Shown here: one piece after another, positions 63,901 to 64,000 of the stretch | Layout of the letters: every line of letters starts with the position of its first letter | Position numbering within the stretch: the stretch's first letter is position 1 | Source: Dimorphilus gyrociliatus | Taxonomy: Eukaryota; Animalia; Annelida | Assembly: GCA_904063045.1 (NCBI GenBank) | Contig: CAJFCJ010000009.1 | Span: forward strand, 104,942-168,941 | Direction: 5' to 3' | Length of the DNA stretch: 64,000 nt | Position numbers and translations under genes: made by a program | The notes under the pieces: model-generated | What the model was told of the DNA's origin: nothing | What the model saw: the letters and a program-made list of their open reading frames with translations, nothing else | Databases searched by the model: none

Positions 63901-64000
63901 GCTTACGTAGCTCAACAATTGAATATATAAAACGATTTCAAGCACTGATCATTAGATTTAAGTGGAACGGTCGTCTGTGGCCAATGATGCGCACATAATG
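60940..64000 (+). CDS. DMXL: DmX-like / Rabconnectin-3alpha WD40 protein, 5' portion (runs off the window)
   Basis: Exons 60940-61026, 61356-61544, 61662-62706, 62771-62903, 62974-63758, then continuing. MNRQQILTGAAN..SFSVGS / AYAAGCDVVIL..VQIIPG, YIAHPRAVTSFSWRRTS, LLTTCVDNICRIW, SGHRFH..CHPLLPLLLT match the DMXL1/2 N-terminus. Confidence 0.93.

Overview
Eukaryotic genomic DNA from a compact, AT-rich animal genome. It uses the standard code, has GT-AG introns mostly 50-100 nt long, and shows no obvious CpG depletion. An invertebrate with a miniaturised genome (for example an annelid such as Dimorphilus) is my unverified guess. I built seven spliced gene models by hand: (1) a 5'-truncated coiled-coil protein of at least ~1,180 aa (+, 1-6635); (2) an intronless phytanoyl-CoA dioxygenase with a PTS2-like signal (-); (3) an intronless SLC28/CNT nucleoside transporter with altered substrate-site residues (+); (4) an MZB1/pERp1-like saposin-fold ER protein (+); (5) a giant 32-exon gene (-, 11392-44197); (6) an ETS1/2-Pointed transcription factor with PNT and ETS domains (-); (7) the 5' part of DMXL/Rabconnectin-3alpha (+). 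Gene 5 is the standout. Its exons sum to 29,988 nt, a 9,995-aa type I membrane protein. It has a signal peptide, ~8,000 aa of Cys-rich GCC2/GCC3 (ephrin-receptor-like) repeats, an RRLL cleavage motif and one TM helix. The repeats form an N-terminal 18-Cys ~144-aa module and ~7.5 copies of a ~700-aa super-repeat in two subtypes. The ~1,600-aa cytoplasmic tail has coiled coils with a 5x LxxRLAxRR repeat, an HTxxH zincin-like motif and a terminal RVxF motif. The ORF track splits this gene into many fragments and antisense shadows. No CRISPR arrays, rRNA, tRNA or intact transposons were seen. No searches were run; family names come from recognised motifs.
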